From Eledone cirrhosa (lineage: Eukaryota), in the NCBI GenBank assembly GCA_964016885.1, contig OZ024762.1, forward strand, positions 15,314,001 through 15,378,000: a stretch of DNA of 64,000 nt, read 5' to 3'. Numbering within the stretch: position 1 is the stretch's first letter; every line of letters starts with the position of its first letter. Under the pieces are notes generated by a model. The model was not told where the DNA came from, did not search any database, and saw only the letters and a list, made by a program, of their open reading frames with translations. A program made the translations under genes and the position numbers. Positions 10,851 to 25,022 of the stretch are shown piece after piece.

Positions 10851-11836
10851 CTTCACCCAAGGATTCCTGGCGGTCAGGATCATGGAATGGTTTTCCTTTT
10901 CTAAAGACTCTCAGAAGAAGAAAAATATAGTATTTGTTTCTGGGGTTTTTTGTGTGTTTTGTATTTGTTTTTTGTTTGTGGTGGGGATGGAGGAGTGGTG
11001 GTGGTGGTGGTTGTAGGGGTGGTGGTGGTGGTGGTGGTTGTAGGGGTGGTGGTGGAGGTGGAGTGGTAGGGATGGTGGTTGTGGAGGAGGTGGTGGTTTT
11101 GGAGGGGTGATTGTTTTTCTTTCCTGCTATGGTAATTCCATTGTCTCTGTTGTCATGGCAACACTAATATGTATCGTCGCTTTCTGTTGCTATGGTGATT
11201 CCAATATTGTCACTGTCACTATATAACTGCACCACTTCTGTTGCCATGACACTGTTACTATGGTGATGTTTATTGCTTCTGCTGTGCCTCCATCACTGTT
11301 GCCATGACAACAGCAAGGCTGTCTGCCTTTGCTGTTGTCATGACAACTGCCACCACCACCGCCCTTTCTGTTGTCATGACTCCTGTATTGGCTCCAGTTG
11401 CTAGTTACAATCAATGTCACTATCATGGTTGCTAAGGTAACATGTTGACGTGACAACACCACTGTTGCCATGACAACTGCTTCCTTGCTGTCACTGGCAT
11501 TGCTACACACTATTGCCATAACAACACAGACCTCACTGTTGCCATAACAGCAACTCTTCCGTCACTGTTGCCATAACAGCAACTCTTCCGTCACTGTTGC
11601 CATAACAAACATCATCTCATTTCCTGCATTGCATTATGGGTAATCTTATTGCAGTTATGGTTTTGGTTGCCCCTCCCTGGTAAGAGGAACAAATATGACT
11701 GACCAAGGGAGTATCAGGACCTCGGTACACACACAGAAACTCTACAGGGGTGTTTCTATAGGATCACTGTTTGACATGCTGGAAATAGTAGTCAAATCTC
11801 CCTCAAATAACACCCTATTGAATGTATATATAGATA

Positions 11837-11917
11837 CAGGCTGCCCCTCCAAAAATATATATTCACACTTCAACAACATTCTAATGAATATGTGTATACA
11901 TTTTTTGAGACATCCTG
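11837..11917. mobile_element. Tiny Tc1/mariner-type MITE
   Basis: TA|CAGGCTG...AAAAA and TTTTTTGAGACATCCTG|TA imperfect TIRs with TA TSD. Confidence 0.5.
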
Positions 11918-11982
11918 TATATATGCATATATATGTATACATACATATATATTTTTATATATATACATATATACACACACAC

Positions 11983-12013
<31 letters not shown>

Positions 12014-12053
12014 GATAGATAGAAGTGGTAACACAACAGTTAGTTCACCATAC

Positions 12054-12090
12054 CAAGAACAATTGTTTCACCTTGTGGATCTTCAGCTCG
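12054..12090 (-). ncRNA. Minimal type I hammerhead (family C, left arm of fold-back 12021-12232)
   Basis: Reverse: CGAG-CTGAAGA-TCCACAAGGT-GAAA-CAATTG-TT-CTTG. Confidence 0.8.
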
Positions 12091-12097
12091 GAGTGTC

Positions 12098-12136
12098 TGA
12101 GCTGAAGATCCGCACAAGGTGAAACAATTGTTCTCG
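12098..12136 (+). ncRNA. Minimal type I hammerhead (family C, right arm)
   Basis: TGAG-CTGAAGA-TCCGCACAAGGT-GAAA-CAATTG-TT-CTCG. Confidence 0.8.
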
Positions 12137-12443
12137 GTATGGTGAACTAACTGTTGTGTAACTACTTCTACCAAACTCGTCCCATGGACTGAGTGCTCTA
12201 CCACTACGGATATTACCTTCCAGTGTTCTACTTGTCTCTCTCTCTCTATATATATATATATGTATATATATGGCTGTTCTAGTTTTTATTCCACTGTTCC
12301 TGTATTTGAGTCAGAGATCTGATAAATGTGGGGATAAATAAAATCATTTTTTCTCTTTTAAAGGAATCATTTTTTTTCTAAAAGACACAGATTTCATTTC
12401 ATTCCTAGGAAATTAAAATTAAAATTTACATTTTATTTTATTG

Positions 12444-12479
<36 letters not shown>

Positions 12480-12717
12480 TGTTTTGTTTTGTTCTTCTTC
12501 AAAACCAGAAACCCAAGTAGCTTATCATATTAATATTAACTATTACTATACTCATTTTTTCACTGTTATTATTGTATTAATTTAATAAATTTAATTTATT
12601 GAAATCTTTTACAAAAAATAAACAACAAAAAACAAAAGATAACCATTCTGCTATTGCTTTCCCTTTGTGGTTAATAAAGAAATTATTATTATTATAATTA
12701 GTGTTAATTATTTATTG

Positions 12718-12941
12718 TGTTGTTACTGCATTACTGAGCATAGCTCTGTGTTCCTTGGGTATGTGCAGTGTTGTCACTGCATGACTGACCACAGCTCTAT
12801 GTACCTTGGGTATGTGCAGTGTTGTTACTGCATGACTGACCACAGCTGTGTACCTTGGGTATGTGCAGTGTAGTTACTGCATGACTGACCACAGCTGTGT
12901 ACCTTGGGTATATGCAGTGTTGTTACTGCATGACTGAGCAG
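12718..12941. repeat. ~48-50-bp minisatellite (TTACTGCATGACTGACCACAGC)
   Basis: ~4.5 tandem copies. Confidence 0.8.
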
Positions 12942-13130
12942 ACACAAGCCACTGAACCATGAAACAGGATGTACTGGGTTACATGATACTAATGTAAAAT
13001 GGAAGGTAAGATGAAGGTAACAAAACAGTTAGTTAGTTACCTGGTAATCTTTGTTTTGTATTTTTTTGTTGTTGCTGTTGTTTATTTTGTCTTAATATTT
13101 TGAACTTAAATTCCCTTCTTCAGAGTTTAA

Positions 13131-13351
13131 CTCTTTAGCATTCACATTACTCTATATTTACTATTGTATTTTAACTGTAAAAGCTTTCTTTCACATAATT
13201 ATCTCACATAATATCGAATGTACAAGATTTTGATATTATTTATTTTGAGAACAATACCTTAACATCAGTATAACTTTCCAATTACAACTGGTTTTAACAG
13301 AAAAAGCAGAGAGAATTCTGGCCGGATATGGCCGGTTTAAATGCTAAAGGG
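13131..13351. mobile_element. piggyBac-type MITE
   Basis: TTAA|CTCTTTAGCATT...AATGCTAAAGGG|TTAA; inverted second copy at 60313-60530. Confidence 0.7.
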
Positions 13352-13835
13352 TTAAGGAACTCTAAGGTTTCTGCTCTTTGGAATTAAATTTAATATTACA
13401 ATATCTGTTTCAACACACAATTTCATATCAAAAAACCTTCCTGAAACAAATACATCACCGCCACAACTTTCTTAAAACTATTATTTTATTTATTTGTATC
13501 TTTATTTTACATAAATTTTTTTATTTATTTTTATTTTACTTTTTAAATTATTTTATTCATTTTTATTCTATTTATATTTTACTATTTAAAAAAAAAAAGA
13601 GAGAAGTCTTTTTCATTCTAAAACTCTAAATTCTAGCGTCTTGAAGTTGCAGGGGGTGTAGTGTGGTGTAGTGTGGTGGGTGGTTAAGATGTATGTTGTG
13701 TCATCTCTCTACAGACATGTTGTTTTTGTTGTTGTTGTTGCTAAAGAAAAGCCGTTCATCATCCCAGAAAAACATTGTTTTCTTTTAATACTTCCTTGCT
13801 AATAATTTGAAACAGTAACAGGCGCTAGATACAGA

Positions 13836-14296
13836 ACTACCACCACTACTATTACTACCGCTGACACTACTACTACTACTACCACCACCAACACTACTAC
13901 TGCCACCACCACTACTACTACTGCTACTACTACCACCACCACTACCACTACTGCTACTACTACCACCACCACTGCTACTACTACCACCACCACTACTGCT
14001 ACTACTACCACCACCACCACTACCACCACCACCACCACCACTACTACTACTACCACCACTAATACTACTACTACCACCACCACCAACACTACTACTGCCA
14101 CCACCACTACTACTACTGCTACTACTACCACCACCACTACTGCTACTACTACCACCACCACTACCACTACTGCTACTACTACCACTACCACTACTGCTAC
14201 TACTACCACCACCACCACCACCACTACTACTACCACTACCACCACCACCACTACTACTACTACTACCACCACTAATACTACTACTACCACCAACAA
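13836..14296. repeat. (ACT/ACC)n trinucleotide repeat
   Basis: Direct reading. Confidence 0.9.
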
Positions 14297-14500
14297 TACT
14301 TCCTACTATTTCAAGCATTAAACTAATATATTTCTTCCATGTACTGTGGTGTTTGTTATTACTTTTACACACACACACATATGTGTGAGTCCCGGGTACA
14401 ATCGGGAGTAACCACAGTAAGTAAAGTACTCAATACATTAGTAGAGTGTATACAACAAATCTAATATAGAAATGGCTTCTACAGGACTAGAACTGTTTCA

Positions 14501-14547
14501 TTCTGATGATTTCCTTCGAACGAAACAGTTCTAGTCCTGTAGAAGCC
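14501..14547 (+). ncRNA. Hammerhead motif (family D), helix I 5' strand truncated
   Basis: CTGATGA-TTTCCTTCGAAC-GAAA-CAG..CTG-TA-GAAGCC; inverted 3' tail at 14387-14500; homologous to 48929-49127. Confidence 0.6.
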
Positions 14548-14694
14548 ACCCACCTCTCTTCCCCTCTCTCTTTCTCACTCTTTATGTGTGTGTATATATC
14601 ATCATCATCATCGTTTAACATTCATCTTCCACGCTTGCATGGGTTTGGACGATATATATATGGAGGAAGTTATAGTTCACTTGATATATATATA

Positions 14695-14725
<31 letters not shown>

Positions 14726-14934
14726 TAGTTAAGCGTGGAGGCTCATCAGGTCGGCACTTATCCCGGTTTCATGGCGTGAAGCGACTGAGAGTACAAGACT
14801 CCCCCCTGGACAGGACGCCAGTCCATCGCAGGTTTAAACTCCTAGCTATTACTGGTACTCATTTTCAGCTGAGTATACTGGAGCAACGTGAAATGAAGTG
14901 TTTTGTTCAAGAACACAAAACACAAATATAGCTC

Positions 14935-15520
14935 CCATGATTTTCACGCTCAGAGTTGCTGAAGCATGGCACAAACTACCTGCATCAGTTGTTAGCTGCC
15001 GAGACACTGCATCCTTCAAAACCTCCATGAAACAAACTACCTGCATCAGTTGTTAGCTGCCAAGACACTGCATCCTTTAAAACCTCCATAGAACAAACTA
15101 CCTGCATCAGTTGTTAGCTGCCGAGACACTGCATCCTTTAAAACCTCCATGAAACAAACTACCTGCATCAGTTGTTAGCTGTCGGGACACTGCATCCTTT
15201 AAAACCTCCATAGAACAAACTACCAGCATCAGTTGTTAGCTGTCGAGACACTGCATCCTTTAAAACCTCCATGAAACAAACTACCTGCATCAGTTGTTAG
15301 CTGTCGGGACACTGCATCCTTTAAAACCTCCATGTTTCCCGAAATTCACCAACACTACACCTGACATTCCCCCACCATACACGTATGTATCTGTGTGTAT
15401 ATCATGACTCATACACTATTCATTTTCCTGACATTTGTATATTATTCTATGTACTATACATGCACCTTTGATGAGTTGTAGTGCACCTGAGCACTGTACA
15501 CAATAATTTCATTATTATTA
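14935..15520 (+). mobile_element. CR1-like LINE 3' end with 6x ~61-bp internal tandem amplification
   Basis: FTLRVAEAWHKLPASVVSCRDTASFKTSM (CR1 ORF2 end); 3' stem GTAGTGCACCTGAGCACTGTAC + (ATT)n; tail also at 17090-17196 and 18945-19070(-). Confidence 0.7.
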
Positions 15521-15815
15521 GGTTAACTTTGCCTTTTATCCTTACGGAGTCGATAAAATAAAGTACCAGTAATGCACTGAGATAATTGCTGGCCTTGTGA
15601 CAACAGTAGAAACAATTATTAGGGCGGTGGATTGGCAGTATCGGTAGAGAGTCGGACACCATGCTTTGCAGCAAAGAGTTACGTCCCTTTATAGTCTGAG
15701 TTCAAATCCCGTCGAGGTTAACTTTGCCTTTCATCCTTACGGGGTCGATAAAATAAAGTACCAGTAATACACTGGTATAATTGCTGGCCTTGTGCCAAAA
15801 GTAGAACCAATTATT
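15520..15815 (+). mobile_element. tRNA-derived SINE copies
   Basis: Same family as 375-1010. Confidence 0.75.
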
Positions 15816-17200
15816 ATTATTATATATAAGCTAACAGCACGACCACAACTCGAACCCTACTACATTGTCTTCGTCTCTACAAACCATCAGCTAGTTTTCT
15901 TTATTCTGTCATGGCTGACATTCTACCAGTATTTCTCTTAAAATGTCTCATGATCTCGTTTACTGCACGTCTTCAATATACAATAATGAAACAGGAAAAC
16001 ACACGACCCCCCCACCCCAACAAAACAACGACAGCTTTTTTATTTTTATTGTGTGTATATATATATATATATTATACACACACGTGTGTGTGTCTGTATA
16101 ATATGTGTATGTATGTAGAGAAGGTGTGTGTGTGTGTAGGACAAAAACAGAGTAGCAAACGAAAGCAATCGTCTTTTCTCCAAAATATTTATTTATTTAC
16201 TTATTTATTTGGTCGACATTTCTTTAAAACACACACGCGAGCGCGCGCACACACACAGAGAAAGACTCACTCACGCACACACACACCAAAAATCTCCCTT
16301 GTTTTCTTCTCATGCCAACAATATTTTCTTGGAGAAAAAAATCTACACGCATACAAACACCACATGTGTGTATGAGTGTGTATATATATATATATATACA
16401 CACTTTAAAAATATCAATTCATTTCTTTCTTTCTTCATCCGTTTCTTCTCATAGCAAAAACAAAGAAACTGTAAGAAACAATAAAAATACTCGACTTTCT
16501 TACAGAAATTGAGTTTATGTGAATAGATTTACAAAATACAAAATGGGCGCCGGTAATATATAAGGAAACATTTTACTGATTGTAAGATGCCGAATAGAAA
16601 CTTCCTCAGTCTATTTAGTTTCTAAGTTGTTTACTCATAAGATTGAGTCTTCAGTAAGAGAGAAGAAAACAGTATGGAAATCTGCAAGTTTTAAAGAAAA
16701 ACAAGTTTAGTTTACCTGCAAGCTAAGGTGGTATTCTTCGTTTTGAAAATGGCTGCGGTCAGCTCGTACATATTAGCCTCGTTTTCATTTTTTTACTTTT
16801 TTTCTTTTTTTTCTTCTTTTTCTTTTTCCGCCATGTTGTGTATGGCAGCAGACATTAATTTAAATATCGTGTTGTATATTTAGATTTATTTTATTTTTGT
16901 TTTGTTCCTTCCTTAACACCCCACCCCTCACCAGCTCTACCACCACCACCACCACCACCATTATCTGCATCACCAACACCACCAGCTCTACCACCACCAC
17001 CACTATCTCCATCACCAACACCATCAACTCCACCACCACCACCACCACCACTTTATTTTAACGACAACAGAAGGATAAAAGGCTTGCCTATATCATGTCT
17101 CATACACTGTTCACTTTCCTGACATTTGTACATTACCCTATGTACTATACATGCACTTTTGATGAGTTGTAGTGCACCTGAGCACTGTACTCAATAATAT

Positions 17201-17295
<95 letters not shown>

Positions 17296-17322
17296 AGGAA
17301 AACCACAAACCCTCCATCTCAA

Positions 17323-17366
17323 TTCTACTTTTGAAAAGCACAAGAACTGCGAAACCGGTAAAGGAA
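17323..17366 (+). ncRNA. Hammerhead motif with U3-A8 core (TTGAAAA)
   Basis: TTCTACTT-TTGAAAA-GCA..TGC-GAAA-CCGG-TA-AAGGAA. Confidence 0.65.
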
Positions 17367-17412
17367 CCAAATAAATATAAAAAAAAAAAAAGACTCCAGT
17401 TGCATCTTTTTT

Positions 17413-17443
<31 letters not shown>

Positions 17444-17615
17444 GATATAGATAGGTAAATATACACGGGTGTGTATGATTGTGTATAGAAGATTATATTA
17501 ATAAGAGGAATTCCAACTTTGTCTGATTTACTCGTTTTATTTACAATCCTTTAAAATATATATAATGGTATTATAATGAAATAGTATGATAGAATATTAA
17601 ATTCTAAGTGTTAAT

Positions 17616-17654
17616 TGAACAAGTACTTTCATGCTTTCGCAATCTTCAGGTTCA
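17616..17654 (-). ncRNA. Minimal type I hammerhead (left arm of ~400-bp palindrome 17495-17903)
   Basis: Reverse: TGAAC-CTGAAGA-TTGC GAAA GCAT-GAAA-GTAC-TT-GTTCA. Confidence 0.85.
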
Positions 17655-17744
17655 TGATATGTGGTGACAGTCGAGTTTGCAATTTTCAACTGTTTGCAAT
17701 TTTCAACAGTTGAAAATTGCAAACTCGACTGTCACCACATATCA

Positions 17745-17783
17745 TGAACCTGAAGATTGCGAAAGCATGAAAGTACTTGTTCA
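17745..17783 (+). ncRNA. Minimal type I hammerhead (right arm)
   Basis: TGAAC-CTGAAGA-TTGC GAAA GCAT-GAAA-GTAC-TT-GTTCA; GNRA loop II, palindromic helix III. Confidence 0.85.
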
Positions 17784-17897
17784 ATTAACACTTAGAATTT
17801 AATATTCTATCATACTATTTCATTATAATACCATTATATATATTTTAAAGGATTGTAAATAAAACGAGTAAATCAAACAAAGTTGGAATTCCTCTTA

Positions 17898-17994
<97 letters not shown>

Positions 17995-18329
17995 TCAGCG
18001 AGAATCGTATTTCGGCGGGTAGAAATAAGCCAAACGCAATTTCCGAGTTATGCTGGCAAGCGCCCCATGGACCAAAAGAGAGCAGAGCAATAAACATAGG
18101 TTATAAAGGCCATACAAACTGAGACAGCGGTTAAGAAGCTATCAACCACTTAAGCAAAAAAAAAAAACCGAGGCAAGCTAAAGGGGTCAAACAAAATATA
18201 GGAGCTCTGCCGTCGAATCTTGAACATTTTCCTATTACCCACTCTACTACCCAAAGTATTGAATACTCTGGTGCGTTATGGTCCACCTGGTTCCTTACCA
18301 CACTTCCCCTGGGGGGTGGGGGACGTAGT

Positions 18330-18940
18330 GTGGGGGAAGATACGTGGTGTGGACGAGGGTACGTGGTGTGGGCTATGGTTTGTGGGGTAAGCGAGGGCAC
18401 GTGTGCGGTAGACGACAGGTTTGGGGTAGTCAAGGGTCCGTGGGCTGAGCGATATAATTCCCTTTCCGCTCCCCACAAAAACTGTTGGCCCCTTGTGCCT
18501 AAATCAGATACCGATATTGTTAGCGATGTTAACTTTGCCTTTCATCCTTTCGGGGTCGATAAGATAAAGTACCAGTAATGAACTGGGGTCGATTTAATCG
18601 ACTTTCCCCTCCTCGCAAAATATTGTTGGCCTTGTGCCTATAATAGAATAGGGTCGGACATGCTTTTCAGCATAGAGTTACGGCCGTTTACGATCTGAGT
18701 TCAAATCCCGCCGAGGATAACTTTGCCTTTCATCCTTACGGGGTCGATAAAATAAAGTACCAGTAATACACTGGTTAATTGCTGGCCTTGTGCCAAAAGT
18801 AGAAACAATTAGTATATGGTGACAAGAAAGAGGGCGGTAGATTGGCAGAATTGGTGGAGCGTCGTATAAAATGCCATTGTGACATTTGTTCTGACTCTTT
18901 AAACCTTCTGAGTTCAATTCTGGCCCAGGTCAACTTTATA
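18330..18940 (+). mobile_element. Composite GC-rich repeat + SINE cluster; 18330-18640 is an inverted copy of 20398-20712
   Basis: Direct comparison; SINE central motif at ~18530 and ~18720. Confidence 0.7.
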
Positions 18941-19077
18941 ATAATAGTAATAATGAAAATTATTGTGTACAGTGCTCAGGTGCACTACAACTCATCAAAG
19001 TTGCATGTATAGTACATCAAATAATGTACAAATGTCAGGAAAGTGAACAGTATTCGAGTCTTAATACACACAAATGC

Positions 19078-19150
<73 letters not shown>

Positions 19151-19154
<4 letters not shown>

Positions 19155-19348
19155 AACGAGTAGGACCCCGACGGCTGAGCTCAAGCCGTTTCGACGGCTA
19201 ATTCTGGACTAAATCCAGAATCAGCCGTCGAAACGGCTTGAGCTCAGCCGTCGGGGTCCTACTCGTTCCTATTACCCACTCTACTACCCTAAGTATTGAG
19301 GACTTTGGTGCGTTATGGTCCACTTGGTTCCTTACCACATTTCCTTCG

Positions 19349-19350
<2 letters not shown>
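19151..19350 (+). mobile_element. Family B fold-back element (half-hammerhead)
   Basis: Palindrome centred at ~19211, both sides in (TA)n. Confidence 0.7.
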
Positions 19351-19412
<62 letters not shown>

Positions 19413-19454
19413 CATCAACAATATATATATATATCTTAGGGCACCAACATGATG

Positions 19455-19690
19455 TTAACCTCGGTCTTCCTCTTCCAGTGTGTCCATGCAGGGGCTCCGA
19501 CAGGAGCACTGAGTGCAGTGTCAACTCTGGATGTCGGTGAGCATGTCCAGCTAACCTCAGTCTCTTCTGTGTTACTCTCGAGCTGACTTTTGGGAAGCTC
19601 CCGTACAGCCCTGAGTTCTTTATCCTCAGTGTATACTGACTAATGTTCAGAGCCATCCTCAGCATTCTCGTGAAGCACCCATCCACCATT
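19455..19690 (-). mobile_element. RTE-clade LINE fragment (post-RT region)
   Basis: [14 protein letters not shown]...[13 protein letters not shown]...GRGRPRLT. Confidence 0.75.
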
Positions 19691-19707
19691 GGAAAGAACC
19701 ACGGAGA

Positions 19708-19878
<171 letters not shown>

Positions 19879-20010
19879 ATAAATATATATATATATATAT
19901 ATAAATATTAATAAATATTTGCTCTACGGTTCTTATATATTTGATATATATTTATCCTTATCGAGCCCTCTTTGGATTTTAGTCTTCAAATTTATTATTA
20001 TTATTATTAC

Positions 20011-20042
<32 letters not shown>

Positions 20043-20044
<2 letters not shown>

Positions 20045-20242
20045 AAGGCGTGTGGCTGAGTGGTTAGAGAATTGGATTCGCAATCGTAAGGTTGTGAGTT
20101 CGATTCCTGGACCAGGCGATGCGTTATGTCCTTGAGCAAGACACTTTATTTCACGTTGCTCCTTCTACCTGGAGTTGCGACCCGACAGATAGTATTACCA
20201 ATTTTCCCTCGGTCCGATTTGACGAAAGTCGATCGCTCCTTT
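20043..20242 (+). mobile_element. CORE-type tRNA SINE with composite tail
   Basis: TGGCTGAGTGG A-box, GAGTTCGATTCC B-box, TGTCCTTGAGCAAGACACTT. Confidence 0.75.
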
Positions 20243-20260
20243 ATATATATATATACATAT

Positions 20261-20293
20261 GTCGTGGGACAGGTTAGTTTTACCCTACCGATG
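20261..20293 (+). other. Short 28S rRNA-derived fragment
   Basis: GTCGTGGGACAGGTTAGTTTTACCCTACCGATG vs recalled eukaryotic LSU GTCGTGAGACAGGTTAGTTTTACCCTACTGATG (2 differences). Confidence 0.65.
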
Positions 20294-20988
20294 CATTGCG
20301 TGTGGAGACTCGATCTACAAAACCAAACTGTAAAATTAAATTAAATTGTTTAAACAATTTAATTTAATTTTATAATTTTATAATTTTACAAATTGTTGGC
20401 ACAAGGCCAACAATTTTTTGCGAGGAGGGGAAAGTCGATTAAATCGAGCCCAGTTCATTACTGGTACTTTATTTTATCGACCCCGAAAGGATGAAAGGCA
20501 AAGTTAACATCGCTAACAATATCGGTATCTGATTTAGGCACAAGGGGCCAGGCCAACAATTTTTGTGGGGAGCGGAAAGGGAATTATATCGCTCAGCCCA
20601 CGGACCCTCGACCACCCCAAACCTGTCGTCTACCTCACACGTACCCTCGCTTACCCCACAAACCATAGCCCACACCACGTACCCTCGTCCACACCACGTA
20701 TCCTCCCCCACACCACGTACCCTCGTCCACACCACGTATCCTCCCTCACACTACGAACCCCCCCCCCGCCCCATACACCGGGTACCCTCCCCCACATCAC
20801 GACCCCTCTCCCACACCAAATACCCTACTTTACACCTCAAAATACCTCCTAAATTTTCTATATCTTTCTGTCGCCGAAAATATCGCACCATTATCTCACC
20901 CTATAGTTATATATATATATATATATATATTCACACACACACACACACACACGTATATATTGACACACACACACACATATATATATTG

Positions 20989-21020
<32 letters not shown>

Positions 21021-21209
21021 TGACACACACACACACACATATATATATTGACACACGCACACACACATACATATATATATATTGACATACACACACACGT
21101 CTGTGTATGTTTAGTGTTAAACAATCATGATTAAACACAGAATTTCTCTAATATCTTGCTGCGTTTCGGATAGTTTGTTTGATGTCACACTGCGCTCAAG
21201 ATGAAGAAG

Positions 21210-23022
<1,813 letters not shown>

Positions 23023-23179
23023 GAAAACCTATGAAGGCGGTGCCCTAACATGGCCGCATTCCAATGACTCATACCACCAAAACAGTATAGACACACACAT
23101 AGAGACTAAAGAAGAAGAAGAAGAAGAAGAAGAAGAAGAAGAAGAAGAAGAAGAAGAAGAAGATATATCTACCTCTCTC

Positions 23180-23224
<45 letters not shown>

Positions 23225-23696
23225 GCACACACATATACATATATATATATATATATATATCGAAGGAGTTGCGGTAAGGAACCAGATGGACCATAACACA
23301 CCAGAGTACTCAATACTTAGGGTAGTAGAGTGGGTAATAGGAGAAAGTATGACTCCGACGGCAGAGCTCAAGCCGTTTCGACGGTTATTTCTGGACTAAA
23401 GTAAGAGTTATTTTTAGTCTGGTAAATAAATGTTATATATATATATATATATATATAAAGAGATATATATACTCTTTTAGCTGTACCAGCCATCCGGCTG
23501 AGGCTATTCCTGGAGATGAGGGTTGCATATTTTTTCAGGGGTATGTGTTACCCATATATAATGTCTCCCCCTATTGGGGAAAATCGATTAATTTTTAAAT
23601 TGCATTTGTGATAGTATTTTACACGTTTTTATTGTATGTAAACTTCCCCCTTTGTATTTGTCCCCTTCTTTTGTGCCCCTGTGGCTAATAAAGAAA

Positions 23697-24010
23697 CAGA
23701 GGGAAAACCGCCTCTCCTTTATTCTTAAAGGAAGGCGTGATCCTCACGATGGACTCGTCTGACAACTGGATGCGTCCCACACGTGACAGTAGCTGTTCGA
23801 CATAATTCCACAGGTCGGTCACCCCTGGGCACTGAACAATTGCGTGCAGAACGGTTTCGATGTCCTGTTCGCATCTTGGACAGGTCCTTTTGGCAGGATC
23901 CCTGCCAGGGCGTCCGTGCCTGTAGATTTTGTCTCGAACTGGTAGAGCTCCTCAGTAGCACTGCCAGGCCAGAGACCTCTGGAAGTTATCCATGGGGCCT
24001 GGACGAGAGA
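23697..24010 (-). mobile_element. Tx1/L1-like LINE ORF2 zinc-knuckle fragment (adjacent + strand 3' tail at 23520-23696)
   Basis: GALPVRDKIYRHG...CPRCEQDIETVLHAIVQCPGVTDLW (CCHC, zf-RVT-like). Confidence 0.75.
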
Positions 24011-24364
24011 GATATACAGGTAGAGGAAATGGTGTAATCCACAACTCTAGTGGTTGTTGACCGACACAAGGTTCAAACAACAGCAACATCCTAAAAGTGC
24101 GTGTGTATATATGTGTGTGTGTGTGTATGTGTGTGAATGAGTATGTGTGTGTGTATATATATGTGTGTGCATGTGTGTGTGTATATATGTGTATGTGTAT
24201 GTGTGTATATGTGTGTGTATGTGTCTCTGTGTGTGTATGAGTATGTGTGTATTTATACGTGTGTGCGTGTATGTGCGTGTGTGTATGTGTGAGTATATGT
24301 GTGTGTGATTATGTCTGTATGTGTGTGTGTATATGTAGGTGACCATCCCAAATCACCGGGAGAG

Positions 24365-24767
24365 ATGACCCCTTAGCCTTTGTCAAGGCAGAATTCTAGG
24401 AGAAGGAAAACTCTGATATAACACCTGCAACCCCGATGGTATCCAATGATGTTGACTTGTTCTTCTTTTTGGTAAATATCATCTTGGTTAAGAGAGTGGG
24501 ACTGGCCTTGTGCAGTACCTTTGCTCACTATAAAAGCTTCACAGCACAGGCATTGCTTTATATCTGGAGATCTCTCTGCACTTGTCGTCGCATGGTACCA
24601 TGGGCCCAGCACTATGTGTCAATAATTGTCACAGGTGTAGTGTTTGTACCAGAGTTTTCAAGTCGCTGGCTGGACTAAAAAGTCATACTCGTTCAGCGCA
24701 ACGGTAGGAGTTCTCCTACATGGATATAAAGTAGTGGCCGTACTCGAAAACGAGTTGGCAGCCACCA
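24365..24767 (-). repeat. Unclassified interspersed repeat; copy at 57999-58340 (+)
   Basis: Near-identical sequence and ORF translations at both loci. Confidence 0.75.
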
Positions 24768-24975
24768 TATGTAGGTGTATGTGTGTGTCTGTGTATGTAT
24801 ATATATATATATATATATATTTCGTTGACAAATATATCAATATGCCCAGACATGCAGATATATTGCCCTTGGTATGACAGTGTGGTTGTAGCTCAATGTA
24901 GGATAACTAGTATACTACAGAGCCGTTATAGTTATAGGAATAACCAAAGAGTGCTTAGAAATACATTGTTTTATT

Positions 24976-25022
24976 AGCTAACAGTGTTTCATCCATACAC
25001 CATGGCAGGAATCATCAGAGCT
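24976..25022 (-). ncRNA. Type I hammerhead ribozyme motif
   Basis: Reverse: AGCT-CTGATGA-TTCC..GGAT-GAAA-CACTG-TT-AGCT then AATAAA; related to 8750 family. Confidence 0.75.

Noticed and set aside
16585-16650. Minus-strand CTGAAGA / CTGAGGA with nearby GAAA
   Set aside because: No helix I pairing could be formed.
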